This document shows positions 38,682 to 49,535 of a stretch of 64,000 nt of DNA, piece after piece. The DNA comes from a virus. A program made the translations under genes and the position numbers. Under the pieces are notes generated by a model, which ran no database searches, was not told the origin of the DNA, and saw nothing but the letters and a program-made list of their open reading frames with translations. The stretch is from the IMG/VR virus record IMGVR_UViG_3300019776_000194, positions 20,395 through 84,394 of that record; one strand, given 5' to 3'. The stretch's first letter is position 1, and each line of letters begins with the position of its first letter.

Positions 38682-39698
38682 ATGGATAACACTATTGAAA
38701 TTACAAAACATGGAGATTGGGAAGTAGCAACAAAGAAATGTAAACTTGGGTATACTTCATGGGCAAAGAGGGGTAAAATTCAAGGAACAAATGCCGTAAA
38801 TGAAACAGGACAACATGTATGGTTCAATTTTGGTAATACTCGTGAAGAAGCTCGTAAAGCAATAACAAAAGAACTCAATATAGGAGAATAATATGGAAGA
38901 ATACACAGAATTAGAATACCTAGATGTAAACGACTTTGTAGAGCACATGCTCGAAGAAGATGAATTTGATAATTAATAGAAAGGAAACACAATGCAAGAA
39001 AAAACAATCACAGGAATGAACTTTGTACGCTTCATGCACGAAGTAGTATCAGCAGTAGAATCTGGCTATACACTCACACTGGAACCTCAACACGCTCCTG
39101 TAGGATACCCAAATTACAGTGTTACACTCGTACAATTGCAAGAGGATGAAAGCCTGTCAGTACAAGAGAAAGCAATTCTACAGGAGGTGGTAAATGAAAC
39201 TAAAGAGGAAGTTCCTGCTAAAGAAGTTCCAAATACTACTAAAGAATCTCCTGTCGAAGAAGCTCCGAAGAAACAGCAAGGACGACCTGCAAGGAAATAA
39301 AATGAAACGTGTAACGTATCGTCTTGATAACGATGTCTATGACGTTGTAGAAACTACATCAGAATGGCTACTTATCGAATACACAGACGATGATTTTAAT
39401 ACAACTCTGAAACTAGAGTCTCACAAATATAGAAAGGAAGATGACGATGGGGGCGACAGCCGTTAATGAAATCACTGGTAAGATTATTAAAAGTGGTGTA
39501 GACAATTACAAAGACTATTGTGCTAATTTTGATTTGATTGGCAGTGGTGTACAGTATAAGCAACCTGAGACATTGTTTCCAGTAACTGTGCGAATTCCTA
39601 AAGATGTGTATAAAGCTTTCACAGAATTAGCAATTGAAACTGGAACAACTTTAGAGAAGTTGTTAGAGAAACAAGTTCTTAGTAATTTTAATAAATAG
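38682..39698 (+). CDS. Small hypothetical proteins (38682-38891, 38893-38976, 38992-39300, 39302-39466, 39441-39698; the last has a possible ribbon-helix-helix C-terminus)
   Basis: Abutting ORFs with SDs; VTVRIPKDVY...LA..G.TLE.LL resembles RHH proteins. Confidence 0.6.
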
Positions 39699-39766
39699 TA
39701 TTTTGTAGTAATAGCCAAGTATGCATCAAGTGCTTGGCAGTTTAACTTTAATGTGGAGGTATCTAC

Positions 39767-40507
39767 ATGGCTCGCGTAATTAGCAAAAAAACTAAAAAAT
39801 CCCCTGAAACTGCACCTGTAATCAAAGAGAAATTCTTGGAACAGCGTAAACTTGAAATTGAAAGTAAACCAATTGTTCCGATGAACGAACGGCAAGCCGA
39901 ATACTTCAAAGCTATCAAAGACTATGATTTGATTGTTGCAACAGGTTTCGCAGGTTCCTCGAAGACATTTATTGCAACTTGTATGGCTGCAGACGCATGG
40001 CGAACAGGGGTTTGTAATAAGATTGTACTTACTAGACCCTCTGTGTCAGACTCTAAGAGTCTTGGTTATTTTGGTGGTGATAAGGACATGAAAGTGAAGA
40101 ACTGGATTATGCCAATGTTATCTGTGTTGTATCAACGCATGGGTAAAGATGTAGTTGATGAAGCAATTGCAGATGGTAATATTCAACTACAGCCTTTAGA
40201 GACAATCAAAGGGATGAGTTATGGAAGAGGTACATGGGTTATAGCGGATGAAGTCCAAGACTGCAAGATTTCTGAAATTAAGTCTATTATCACTCGTGGT
40301 GGTGGTTGCAAGATGATTTTATGTGGAGATGTTGCACAATCTGCTTTAAACAGTGATAGCGGGCTTGCCATTTTTTCAAGAATTATTGAAAAGAATCCTC
40401 GCTTAAAAGAGTCTGTGGCACGTATTGACTTTGACTCTTACGAGCATATTGTACGCAGTAAGACATGTAAAGATTTGATTATTGCATTTGATAAATCAGG
40501 GTACTAA
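39767..40507 (+). CDS. phoH: PhoH-family ATPase
   Basis: GFAGSSKT Walker A, LTRP, IADEVQD, GDVAQ and IVRS motifs. Confidence 0.9.
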   Translation: MARVISKKTKKSPETAPVIKEKFLEQRKLEIESKPIVPMNERQAEYFKAIKDYDLIVATGFAGSSKTFIATCMAADAWRTGVCNKIVLTRPSVSDSKSLGYFGGDKDMKVKNWIMPMLSVLYQRMGKDVVDEAIADGNIQLQPLETIKGMSYGRGTWVIADEVQDCKISEIKSIITRGGGCKMILCGDVAQSALNSDSGLAIFSRIIEKNPRLKESVARIDFDSYEHIVRSKTCKDLIIAFDKSGY

Positions 40508-40508
40508 C

Positions 40509-41306
40509 ATGAAGATGTCCTCCGCACAACAGAAATCTATCAAAACAAAAGCTACCTTTCTTGGAAAAACTTTTAAAAGTAAAGACTGTGGGGATTTTAC
40601 AGTATTAGACTATTTAAATTCTAAACAGGTACTCATACAATTTAATAAAACAAAGTCTCAAAAATGGTGTGAATTGAAAGCAGTCAGAAGTGGCGGTGTT
40701 AAAGACCCTAATTTCCCATCTATATACGGAGTTGGATTTATAGGAGAGGGTGAATTCTCTTCTAGATTTGTGGGCGGTGCAAATACACCGTGTTATGACT
40801 CATGGAGAGGGATGCTCAGACGTTGCTACTCTGAAGAAAGTCTTATTAAAAGTCCTACTTATGCAGGATGCTCTGTGGCAGAAGAATGGCACAACTTTCA
40901 AAACTTTGCTGCATGGTATTATGAAAACTTAAAAGGTGTATCTGGAAAAGTTCACCTAGATAAAGACATTCTCAAGAAAGGGAACAAGATTTACTGCAAA
41001 GAAAATTGCTGCCTTGTTAACGTCCAAATCAATTCATTATTTACTGGAGCTAGTATAGTAAATAGGGGTAAGTACCCACTAGGGGTGTTTCTAAGGAAAA
41101 GAAATGGAATGTTTGTTGCGCAAGTAACTAAAGGAAATGGTGCGCAGGAATTTTTAGGTGAGTATAATACACCTGAACAAGCTTTTTATGTCTATAAAAA
41201 GCACAAAGAAGATTTTGTAAAGCAAGTCGCAAACAAGTACAAAGACAGTATTAGAGAAGATGTTTATTTAGCTCTAATGAACTACACTGTCTCAATCGAA
41301 GATTAA
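40509..41306 (+). CDS. Free-standing HNH-family homing endonuclease
   Basis: W.GMLRRCY...YAGCSVAEEWHNFQNF...LDKDIL...YCKENCCLV and an AP2-like C-terminus; start chosen just after the phoH stop. Confidence 0.8.
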   Translation: MKMSSAQQKSIKTKATFLGKTFKSKDCGDFTVLDYLNSKQVLIQFNKTKSQKWCELKAVRSGGVKDPNFPSIYGVGFIGEGEFSSRFVGGANTPCYDSWRGMLRRCYSEESLIKSPTYAGCSVAEEWHNFQNFAAWYYENLKGVSGKVHLDKDILKKGNKIYCKENCCLVNVQINSLFTGASIVNRGKYPLGVFLRKRNGMFVAQVTKGNGAQEFLGEYNTPEQAFYVYKKHKEDFVKQVANKYKDSIREDVYLALMNYTVSIED

Positions 41307-41315
41307 GGAGAACCC

Positions 41316-42089
41316 ATGAAAGAAAAATTCAACAAACAATTAGCTAAGAACCCATTCTTTGACGATAACAAAGTCCCTGTTAGCTATTCTCCAAGCAAAT
41401 GTGGGCGTTTCACTGTAGACATCTATGACTATATCGAATCTCCTTCACAGTTCTCCGACATGATAGATGCCCTAGGTATGATGGAGCAAGATGATGAAAT
41501 GGTAGTTAATTTACAATCAGGTGGAGGTTGTCTTAACACTACTGATACACTTCTACATGCTCTACGTAAGACAAAGGGACAAGTTCACTTTATTGCTACA
41601 GGATTCAATGCCTCTGCTGCAACAATTCTCTTGCTGGACGCACCATCCTTTGAACTCAGTGAAGACTTCACAGCTCTGATACACTGTGGGTCGCTTGGAG
41701 ACGCTGGCAACTTAAATGAGATGCGCCAGAGTGCAGCTTTCCACATCTCACGTATGGAGAAATTGTTACGTAATACTTACGCTGGATTTATGTCTGAGAA
41801 AGAAATTGAAGACATGCTGAATGGCAAGGATTTGTTACTTGATAGTGAACAGTGGTGTGAACGACACGAACAGCGCAACAAGTGGATGCAAGAGCAAGTA
41901 GAGAAGTTCGAGAAGGCTGCTCAGAAGGCGTTAAAAGCCCCTAAGAAACCACGTAAGAAGAAAGTTGATAGTGAGGTAGCCAAAACTGATACGAAGGCTT
42001 CTGAGAGCTTTAAAGGCTTGGAAACAGGCTTTGATATGCCAGAAGAAGAGTTGATGTTTTTGGAGAAAGCTGTAAATACTAAGAAGTAA
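41316..42089 (+). CDS. ClpP-like protease
   Basis: LQSGGG, NASAATI (catalytic Ser), LIH and G.D..L motifs. Confidence 0.8.
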   Translation: MKEKFNKQLAKNPFFDDNKVPVSYSPSKCGRFTVDIYDYIESPSQFSDMIDALGMMEQDDEMVVNLQSGGGCLNTTDTLLHALRKTKGQVHFIATGFNASAATILLLDAPSFELSEDFTALIHCGSLGDAGNLNEMRQSAAFHISRMEKLLRNTYAGFMSEKEIEDMLNGKDLLLDSEQWCERHEQRNKWMQEQVEKFEKAAQKALKAPKKPRKKKVDSEVAKTDTKASESFKGLETGFDMPEEELMFLEKAVNTKK

Positions 42090-42094
42090 TTTAG

Positions 42095-42129
42095 AAGCCT
42101 GCTACTTAACTGTAGCGGGCTTTTATTTT
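42095..42129 (+). terminator. Intrinsic terminator
   Basis: AAGCCTGCTAC-loop-GTAGCGGGCTT followed by a T-run. Confidence 0.8.
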
Positions 42130-42142
42130 ATGGAGAATTATG

Positions 42143-42171
42143 TTGACAAGGATAATTGAGTTGTGTAATAT
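42143..42171 (+). promoter_or_regulatory. Sigma70-type promoter
   Basis: TTGACA-17 bp-TAATAT. Confidence 0.7.
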
Positions 42172-42210
42172 ACGTGCTGTCGCTGTGACAAACAGTTTAA
42201 AGGGGGAAAT

Positions 42211-43171
42211 ATGATTTGGATTGTCTTATACTTAGTGTCTAGCTTAATAACATTAATTCTAATTATAAAAGAGGAATATGATAGAGGTATTGATTTGAAA
42301 TTAGGTTGGTTACTGCTGTTTATTATAGTCTGCCTTGTTCCAATTGTAAATTTAGCTTGGTTGAGTAGTGTCAGAGAAATAACTATTTTGAAAGGAAAGA
42401 AACAATGAACGTGTATTACTATTACAGGAAACAAGACGGAACACTAGGTAAATTACTGGATGAATCTCCAGAGGCTATCGAGAATATTGATGATACATTA
42501 GCATTTGCTAAAGAGGAGTGGAAGTCTACTCGTGTGTTGGCTGTTATTGAAGGGGGTAAAGAGTGAGTAAAACATTACAGGAGCGTGCTATAAATAAACT
42601 TAACTCTATGACTTCAGATGAATTAGTAGAATCAATGAGAAAGCACGGATTTAAATTTGAAGGAGATGAAATGACTCGAAAACTAGCGACTGTCAGAGAT
42701 TTACACAAACTCTGTACCTCGTTAATTGAAGATGGATTTATAGAGGCTGAATTATCATTTAATGATGAATATGGAATAGACTTAGGAGATTTTGGTTACA
42801 TAGACTATGAAGTATTCAAATCTGTAAATGGTAAGACATATATTGATATTCAACCTTAAGGAGAGCGTATGAGTTACAAGCACGTAAAACTATTAACAGA
42901 AGCTGTGAAGCTTCCTCGTACAAAAGCTAATAACGACCAGCTCTGCACAAAGATTGAAGAGATCATTGCTTCTGTGCAATACACTACTAAAGAATACACA
43001 TATACACAAGGACGACAGCTCAAGAATATGATATGCTTGTGGATTACTGATAATATGACGACAGTAGGTATGACTTTTGAAGCTACTAAGCAATTTAAAC
43101 AAGGCACGACTCGCGTTAAGTGGGTTGAGAGTGTACTAAAACCGTTAGCATTACAATTGGAGGATTTATGA
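42211..43171 (+). CDS. Small hypothetical proteins (42211-42408 membrane protein, 42563-42859, 42869-43171)
   Basis: Packed ORFs downstream of the promoter; 42869-43171 is a paralog of 46046-46381. Confidence 0.6.
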
Positions 43172-43596
43172 TTAAAGAGTTTCAAGGGGAGTTCCGCTGG
43201 TTGAGTAACTTCACACAAGTTGCTATTGAGCTAGACGGTAGAATGTTTCATTCTGTAGAACATGCCTATATGTCTGCTAAAAGTGATGATGAAGAGTGGA
43301 AAGACTTTTGTGAGAATACTTTCTCAGCAGGGCAAGTGAAGAAAGCCAGTAGAAGCATTACTTTGGTAGATAATTGGGAAGATATTAAAGTAGATATCAT
43401 GCGGGAATGTATAAATCAAAAGTTTAACCAGCCATTCTTTAAAGCCAAACTACTAGCAACTGGAGATACCATCATTCAGGAAGGTAACATGTGGAATGAT
43501 AAATTCTGGGGAGTTTGCCTTAAAACAGGTAAAGGACAGAATATCTTAGGAAAGCTCATAATGGAGAAACGAGAGTCTTTGAAAGGTAATAAATGA
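43168..43596 (+). CDS. NADAR (YbiA-like) family protein
   Basis: LSNF, SVEHAYM.AK, W...K..IM...KF.Q, LLATGD..I.EGN.WND.FWG and G.N.LGKLIM..R motifs. Confidence 0.9.
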   Translation: MIKEFQGEFRWLSNFTQVAIELDGRMFHSVEHAYMSAKSDDEEWKDFCENTFSAGQVKKASRSITLVDNWEDIKVDIMRECINQKFNQPFFKAKLLATGDTIIQEGNMWNDKFWGVCLKTGKGQNILGKLIMEKRESLKGNK

Positions 43597-43811
43597 AACC
43601 AGAATCAGAAACAATTGTAGCAAACCTCTTGCATGAAGTGGCAATGGCACGTAACTTATTTCATAGCTCACTTATCAGAACTATTACTTGTGAGCAACCA
43701 TACACTTTGGATGATGTAATTAGTTTACTAATTGTAGAGAATATTTGGACAGAGTATAAACGAGCTGGAAATGGTAAGTGGATATTGAAAATGGAGTGGT
43801 CGGATTATTAG
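43593..43811 (+). CDS. Hypothetical protein
   Basis: Overlapping ORF in the same operon. Confidence 0.55.
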   Translation: MKPESETIVANLLHEVAMARNLFHSSLIRTITCEQPYTLDDVISLLIVENIWTEYKRAGNGKWILKMEWSDY

Positions 43812-43932
43812 AATATTGAAACAAGCAAAACCTCGGAGAGCTAATACTGGCGCAGCTTTCCAGAGGTTTTACAGAAAAATTTCAGTTATAACCCCATATA
43901 GAGGATTGAGAGGATATTATAAAGGAGCTTAG

Positions 43933-45213
43933 ATGTCAGATGAAGAAGATGTATTACATGAAGTAAATGAGTATGTAGGTGGTAGGTATCTAGACTTAGA
44001 TATTAAGGTAAACAGAGGGATATCATCCATTGTCCAGAGGATATTCAATAAGAATATAAAAGAAATTGGTGTTATTGTTGTCAATCTACTAGCCTATAGA
44101 GATAAGAGAATGTTCTATCGTAGAAATACAAGTAGTACAACAAATAAAGATAAGAAATACAATCCTAATGAAATAACTAACTACTCAATCATTAAGGCTG
44201 TAGAATTATTAGAGAAAGAAGGATATATTATTAACACAATAGCTGAAGTGCAGTATGGAAAAGGAAGTAAAGGAATTCCTAGCAGCTTTACAGCTACTCC
44301 CTTGCTGTATGAAGTATTTGATGTTAAGAAGAACACAGAACATAGCAAGACAACAGTAGTGGAAGATGTGCAGAGAGTTGTGTTAAAGGATAAGGAGAAG
44401 CGTATGGTTGGATATAGAGAGAATGACCTTACTCGTTATAGTAGAGATTGTTTACGGTATTACAACTCTTATATAAGTGGTAAGGATATTGAATACACAG
44501 ACAATGATGGTGTTATTAATAAAGCTCATTGCTGTCTTACTCGTATTTTCAACAAGGAAATAGGCAATACAGGACGACTATACCATAGTGAGCTGCAGAA
44601 TATACACCAACACTACAGACAATCTGTGTTGATTGACGGAATGAAAACGCTAGAGATAGATTTTAGTTCGTTACACCTGCAGATGCTGATTGATATGTAC
44701 TACAAGCGGGATGTGGTGGATAGCTTAGGAGATTTATACCTTTTACCACTAACAGAACAAGAGAAGCTTGTAGAAGCTAACCGATCTGCCGTGAAGCAAG
44801 CATTCAATACCGTCTTGAATTGTACATCTAGGAATAGTGCTTCTGCTGCTGTGCAGCAATACTTGAATAAGGATGGGAAGTTGTGTACTATACGGAGTGG
44901 GTGGGAGCTTGTAAAGCGAATAGAAGAAGCCTATTCATTCCTGCCATTGAATGTCATTCTCTGGCAGACAATACCTATGTCGTATGTACTTCAACGTAAG
45001 GATAGTGATATTGCTATGGACTTGATATGTTGTGGAGCTGAACAAGACATTCCTGTACTCCCTATACATGATAGTTTTATTACAACAATAGAGAATAAGC
45101 TATGGCTACAAGAGAATATGAAATATTTCTACTGTAAGTATGTGAACAATGTTCCTACATTGAATGTTTCTGTCACAATTGAGGGATTAAAGCCTTTTAG
45201 GGAGATTATATGA
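43933..45213 (+). CDS. Family-A DNA/RNA polymerase-like palm-domain protein
   Basis: TGRLYH, EIDFSSLH (motif A), R...K (motif B-like), IHDSF (motif C); no exonuclease domain evident. Confidence 0.6.
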   Translation: MSDEEDVLHEVNEYVGGRYLDLDIKVNRGISSIVQRIFNKNIKEIGVIVVNLLAYRDKRMFYRRNTSSTTNKDKKYNPNEITNYSIIKAVELLEKEGYIINTIAEVQYGKGSKGIPSSFTATPLLYEVFDVKKNTEHSKTTVVEDVQRVVLKDKEKRMVGYRENDLTRYSRDCLRYYNSYISGKDIEYTDNDGVINKAHCCLTRIFNKEIGNTGRLYHSELQNIHQHYRQSVLIDGMKTLEIDFSSLHLQMLIDMYYKRDVVDSLGDLYLLPLTEQEKLVEANRSAVKQAFNTVLNCTSRNSASAAVQQYLNKDGKLCTIRSGWELVKRIEEAYSFLPLNVILWQTIPMSYVLQRKDSDIAMDLICCGAEQDIPVLPIHDSFITTIENKLWLQENMKYFYCKYVNNVPTLNVSVTIEGLKPFREII

Positions 45214-46010
45214 AAATTAGATATTTATCAGACTTACACTTAGATTGGGACAACACATTCCGTGTACCTTCACAACAAGACGACTTACAAACAACCCTTG
45301 TTATAGCAGGTGACTTATGGAAAGATTGTAAGCACTTAACAACCATCCTACAACCTGAGAACAAGAGTTGGATGGCTATCACAGCCTCTCAGTTCAAATA
45401 TGTTGTGTATGTACTCGGCAATCACGACTACTGGAACACACGTCTTGACAGCCTTCCAGAAAAGTGTAACCAACTCCACAAGGAACAAGGATTGGACAAT
45501 GTGTTCCTACTAGAAAATAGTGTTATCACTCTAGATAGTGTAAAATTCGCTGGAGGAACATTGTGGACTGACTACGGCAGACGTGACACTATCAGTATGA
45601 TGGAAGCTACTAACTACATGAATGATTATAGACTTACAAGAGTTGGTAACGAATACAGAAAGATGAAACCTGTTGATTGTTTGCATATCTTTGACGCTAC
45701 AAAGAAAACTATATTTAGTTCTGGAGCTGATGTAGTTGTAACACACATGGCTCCTAGTTATCAATCTGTGAATGCCAAGTATAAAAACTCAAGAGATGAA
45801 CTTTCAAACACTTGGTATTACTCTGAATTGTCTTCGTATATCCTTGACAGTGGTGTTAAGTTGTGGTTACATGGACACATGCATGATGCTGTAGAATATA
45901 ATATAGGAGAAACAACAGTTGTGTGTAATCCTAGAGGATATACAGGAGAAACTACAGGATTTGATGTTAATGCTTATAAAAAGCTTGACACAAGCAATAA
46001 TCTGTCATAA
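45210..46010 (+). CDS. Calcineurin-like metallophosphoesterase
   Basis: SDLH, AGD, GNHD, THMAP, HGHMH and NPRGY motifs. Confidence 0.92.
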   Translation: MKIRYLSDLHLDWDNTFRVPSQQDDLQTTLVIAGDLWKDCKHLTTILQPENKSWMAITASQFKYVVYVLGNHDYWNTRLDSLPEKCNQLHKEQGLDNVFLLENSVITLDSVKFAGGTLWTDYGRRDTISMMEATNYMNDYRLTRVGNEYRKMKPVDCLHIFDATKKTIFSSGADVVVTHMAPSYQSVNAKYKNSRDELSNTWYYSELSSYILDSGVKLWLHGHMHDAVEYNIGETTVVCNPRGYTGETTGFDVNAYKKLDTSNNLS

Positions 46011-46013
46011 CAT
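45985..46013 (+). promoter_or_regulatory. Sigma70-type promoter
   Basis: TTGACA-17 bp-TAACAT. Confidence 0.6.
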
Positions 46014-46045
46014 ACGCTTGTCTTAACAAATTAAAGGAGAAAACA

Positions 46046-48386
46046 ATGAGCAAGAAACACGTAGAGCTGTTAATGGAGGCTGTAAACATTCCAGAATCTG
46101 AGAGTGAATATTTATGCGACAGAATTAGGTTTATTACAGGGTTCTTTAATTGTGGTGCTTACGATGAATATCTGAATAGTAATTACACAGTGAAGCAAGG
46201 AGAAGCCTTAGTACGAATGATTCAAGACTGGCTTGATGCTAATGATGGCTATGAACATGATTTAGACAGTTGGGTAGGTTATTCCTTTGAGTTGACGCCT
46301 TTGTATAAGGACGGATGCACACGTAAAGAATGGGCTGAGACAATTTTAGCTCCGTTGGCTTTAGAGCTGCCTGATGAGTAATGTAAAGCAAACTTGCTCT
46401 TATGCCGTTTAAGGTAAATTATAATTAACAAGGAGAAATAACATGGAACAAAAGTTTTTATCAGATGGACGTAAAGTGGTTGTTGTAGGGCAACTCAATA
46501 ATACAGAATGGATTGTGCAAGAAGTGTTCGTTAGCTCCGCAGGAGATGAGCTTCCTAGTGGTGAACGTTTTGTCACAAAAAGCTTACACGATGCTCCTGT
46601 AGAGACATGGAAGAACAAGGAAGAGAAGAAACTAGAAGAAAGCTTAAAATCTCTCAAACAAAAACAAGAAGAAATTCAAAACTCTATCGGTAGACTAGGA
46701 CGTGAACGTGAAGCCTATGAGAAAGCTTTCAAGTCTACAAAGCGATTGTACGATACATTGTCTACACAAATGGATGAAGGAGCTTTTGAGCTTATGTGTG
46801 ATGTCATGTCTGGTAATATCAAGTATGTGGTAGATGCTAGTGATTACAGTATTCCTGAACCTAAATTATTTATGGAACAGTTAAAATACCCAGATGGTTA
46901 CAATATGGAAATTAAACTCATTTCATTGTTTGGTAGAAGTGATGGTAGTTTAACATATAAACTAGGACAGGATTATGATGGCTCTGGAGGCAATCGAGAT
47001 GTTATATTTATTAAGACAGATGAAGAGCTTGCCAAATACTACACAGATAAAGTGAAAGCTATCTATGAGAAAAATCCCCAATATATGCACTACCATTACA
47101 TTGAAACAGCTTTGCGTTGGGGAGCCACAATTGATGACAGCATTATTGAAGCTGCTCGTAAAGTGAAGGCTGATAATATTAAAGAACAAATTGAGAAACA
47201 AAAGAAAGACTTAGAAGCTAAGATGAAAGAACTTGACAATTTTGTGGGAGGGAAATAAACATGGCAATAACCGTTATTATATTAGCAATTATGATTTGGA
47301 TAGGATATATGATGATACATACACAAGGAAGGGAGATAGCTACCTTGCAGCGTCAGCTTAGTGACTTACAACAATCTTCACTAAGGTCTAACACAAACAT
47401 TAAGGAATATATGAAGAATCAAAACTATATTAACGATATAGTTATATGTCGTCTCTCGAAAGGAGAATAACATGATAGAAATCATCACAGGACTACTTAT
47501 CCTAATTTGCCTAGTTTTGATAGGTATACAAGGGCAGCAGCTCATAAAGCAACAAGACCAAATAGACCAGCTACGAGCCACTATCACAGAATACATGTAT
47601 AACATGAACAGGTTTGTACAAGCACAAGATGAAGCTAATAGAGCTATGATGGCATATATAATATCCATAGAAGATAGTAATAATGAGAAACTATAGCGCT
47701 ATCTCCAGAAGCCCTCTCCCAATATTGGTAGTGTGTCTTGTCTTAGTGTTCTTTCCACAAATAGCTATTGCTGTATTTGCTATATACATTCTCTCACTAA
47801 TACCCTTCTGGGTGGCTATGTTGAGTGCTCTCTTGTTAGCCTCTTATTGTATTTGCAAGCTGTATGATATGTTGTACATACAAGAAATGAAATGGGAGAA
47901 AGCTTATAAGCACATTGGGAAGTCTGTCATTGTGAATATGTCTCATGGAGAAGAGGAAGGAACATTAATAGCTGTTGACAGGAAGGCTGTGTTCTGCTAT
48001 TCTGTGCAAATGGCTGATGGGAGTGTGTTTTTGTTTAGCTGTGTTAAATATGAGGAGGATGTATGAGCAATATAGTACTTTTTATTTCCATAATTATTTT
48101 TGTTGTGTTACTAAGGTTGTACGCATACAAACAAGATATTGATGGGTATATCCCTGAAGATGAAGAAGATGTTGCACAGTCAATTATGCAAGAATTTACA
48201 TACCCAGATTCTTGGGGCATTAGTCCCAGTAATTTATATCACAAAGAGAAGCCTATTGTAATAAATAGAGATTCATATTACGTAGCAAACACTAACATTA
48301 GAATCCCTAAGAAGAAAGTAGAGCAACTCGAACATTTAGTGTTGGCTAGTTCAAGAGTTAAAATTAAGGAGGAAATACTGAAATGA
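46046..48386 (+). CDS. Hypothetical proteins (46046-46381, 46443-47258, and membrane-anchored 47261-47470, 47472-47696, 47683-48066, 48063-48386)
   Basis: Packed ORFs with SDs; the last four have N-terminal hydrophobic helices. Confidence 0.65.
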
Positions 48387-48524
48387 CAAACATAAGTAAA
48401 TTAACAATTCAGATTAAAGTCAAATGGTGGCTGAAGTGGTACATTATGTTGTGCTATGCTCTAAGGTTTGAGCCTTCTAAGAAAGTTGTAGAGAAGGGAT
48501 TTATTTTTAAGGGAGGGAAGGTGG

Positions 48525-49535
48525 ATGGCTAGAAAGGAAACACCAAAGATTCAGGAAGTAGTTCTTGAAGTAGGAAATAGGTATAAGACAAATCTTGATG
48601 GAGATGTAGAAATAATAGACTTCAAGAACAGTAAGAAAATCATTATTCGGTTTTTGAACTCTGGAAATGTCACATCAGTACAGAAAGATGCTTTAGCAAA
48701 AGGTTTAGTCAAAGATACAGAGTACAGAAAAACAACTTCAGATGCTTTAAAGCAGGAGGAAGCTCTACGTAAGCAACGAGAGTTAGAATCTTATAAGAAA
48801 CAGAGGGAGTTAGAACAATCAGCGAAACTTAAAGAACGACTCGCAGAGAAAGCTAAAATAGAAGCTATGGCACTTGCCTTAGAGAAAGCCAAAGTTGAAA
48901 GAGCTACCAAAGAGAAGCTAAAGTTTTTACACAAGTCATTCAATCATCCTGTATATGGAGAATATGTTGTAATTGATTCATGTACAGAAGAGCCTCTTAA
49001 ATATAGACTCAGAATTAAATTTACTAAGACAGGGTATGAAACAGGGTCTGACATGTCCTCTGTAAAGTCTGGTAGAGTTGCTGATAAGTCTGAGGAAGGG
49101 AAGTTAGCTTTACAAGCTCATAAGAGTATTTCTAAGGCAGAGCGGTATCAACAGAATAGAGAGCATTTATTAGCAAGAGCTAAAGAGTGGCAGAAGAACA
49201 ATCCTGAGAAATCTCAGGCTAGGAATAAGAAGAGACGTGCAAGGAAGAGTGCTCTTGAGGGTAAAGCCACTTATGAGGAAGTACAACAGTTGTTAATATC
49301 ACAAGACTGTAAGTGTGCTGTATGTAAAGACCCTCTCGATGATACAAAACATCTAGATCACATTATCCCGATCACTCTTAAAGGTGGTACTGGGTACATC
49401 TCAAATCTCCAATGGTTGTGCCAATACTGTAGTATCTCTAAGAATGCTAAGACACCTGAGTTATGGGCTGCAGTATTAGCCAACGATAAGTGGTGGGAAG
49501 TTAAAGCTTCAAGAGCCAATAAAACGTCTTTATAG
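48525..49535 (+). CDS. HNH endonuclease with zinc finger
   Basis: CAVC...HLDHIIP..KGG....NLQWLCQYC; repeated N-terminal DNA-binding-type modules. Confidence 0.85.
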   Translation: MARKETPKIQEVVLEVGNRYKTNLDGDVEIIDFKNSKKIIIRFLNSGNVTSVQKDALAKGLVKDTEYRKTTSDALKQEEALRKQRELESYKKQRELEQSAKLKERLAEKAKIEAMALALEKAKVERATKEKLKFLHKSFNHPVYGEYVVIDSCTEEPLKYRLRIKFTKTGYETGSDMSSVKSGRVADKSEEGKLALQAHKSISKAERYQQNREHLLARAKEWQKNNPEKSQARNKKRRARKSALEGKATYEEVQQLLISQDCKCAVCKDPLDDTKHLDHIIPITLKGGTGYISNLQWLCQYCSISKNAKTPELWAAVLANDKWWEVKASRANKTSL

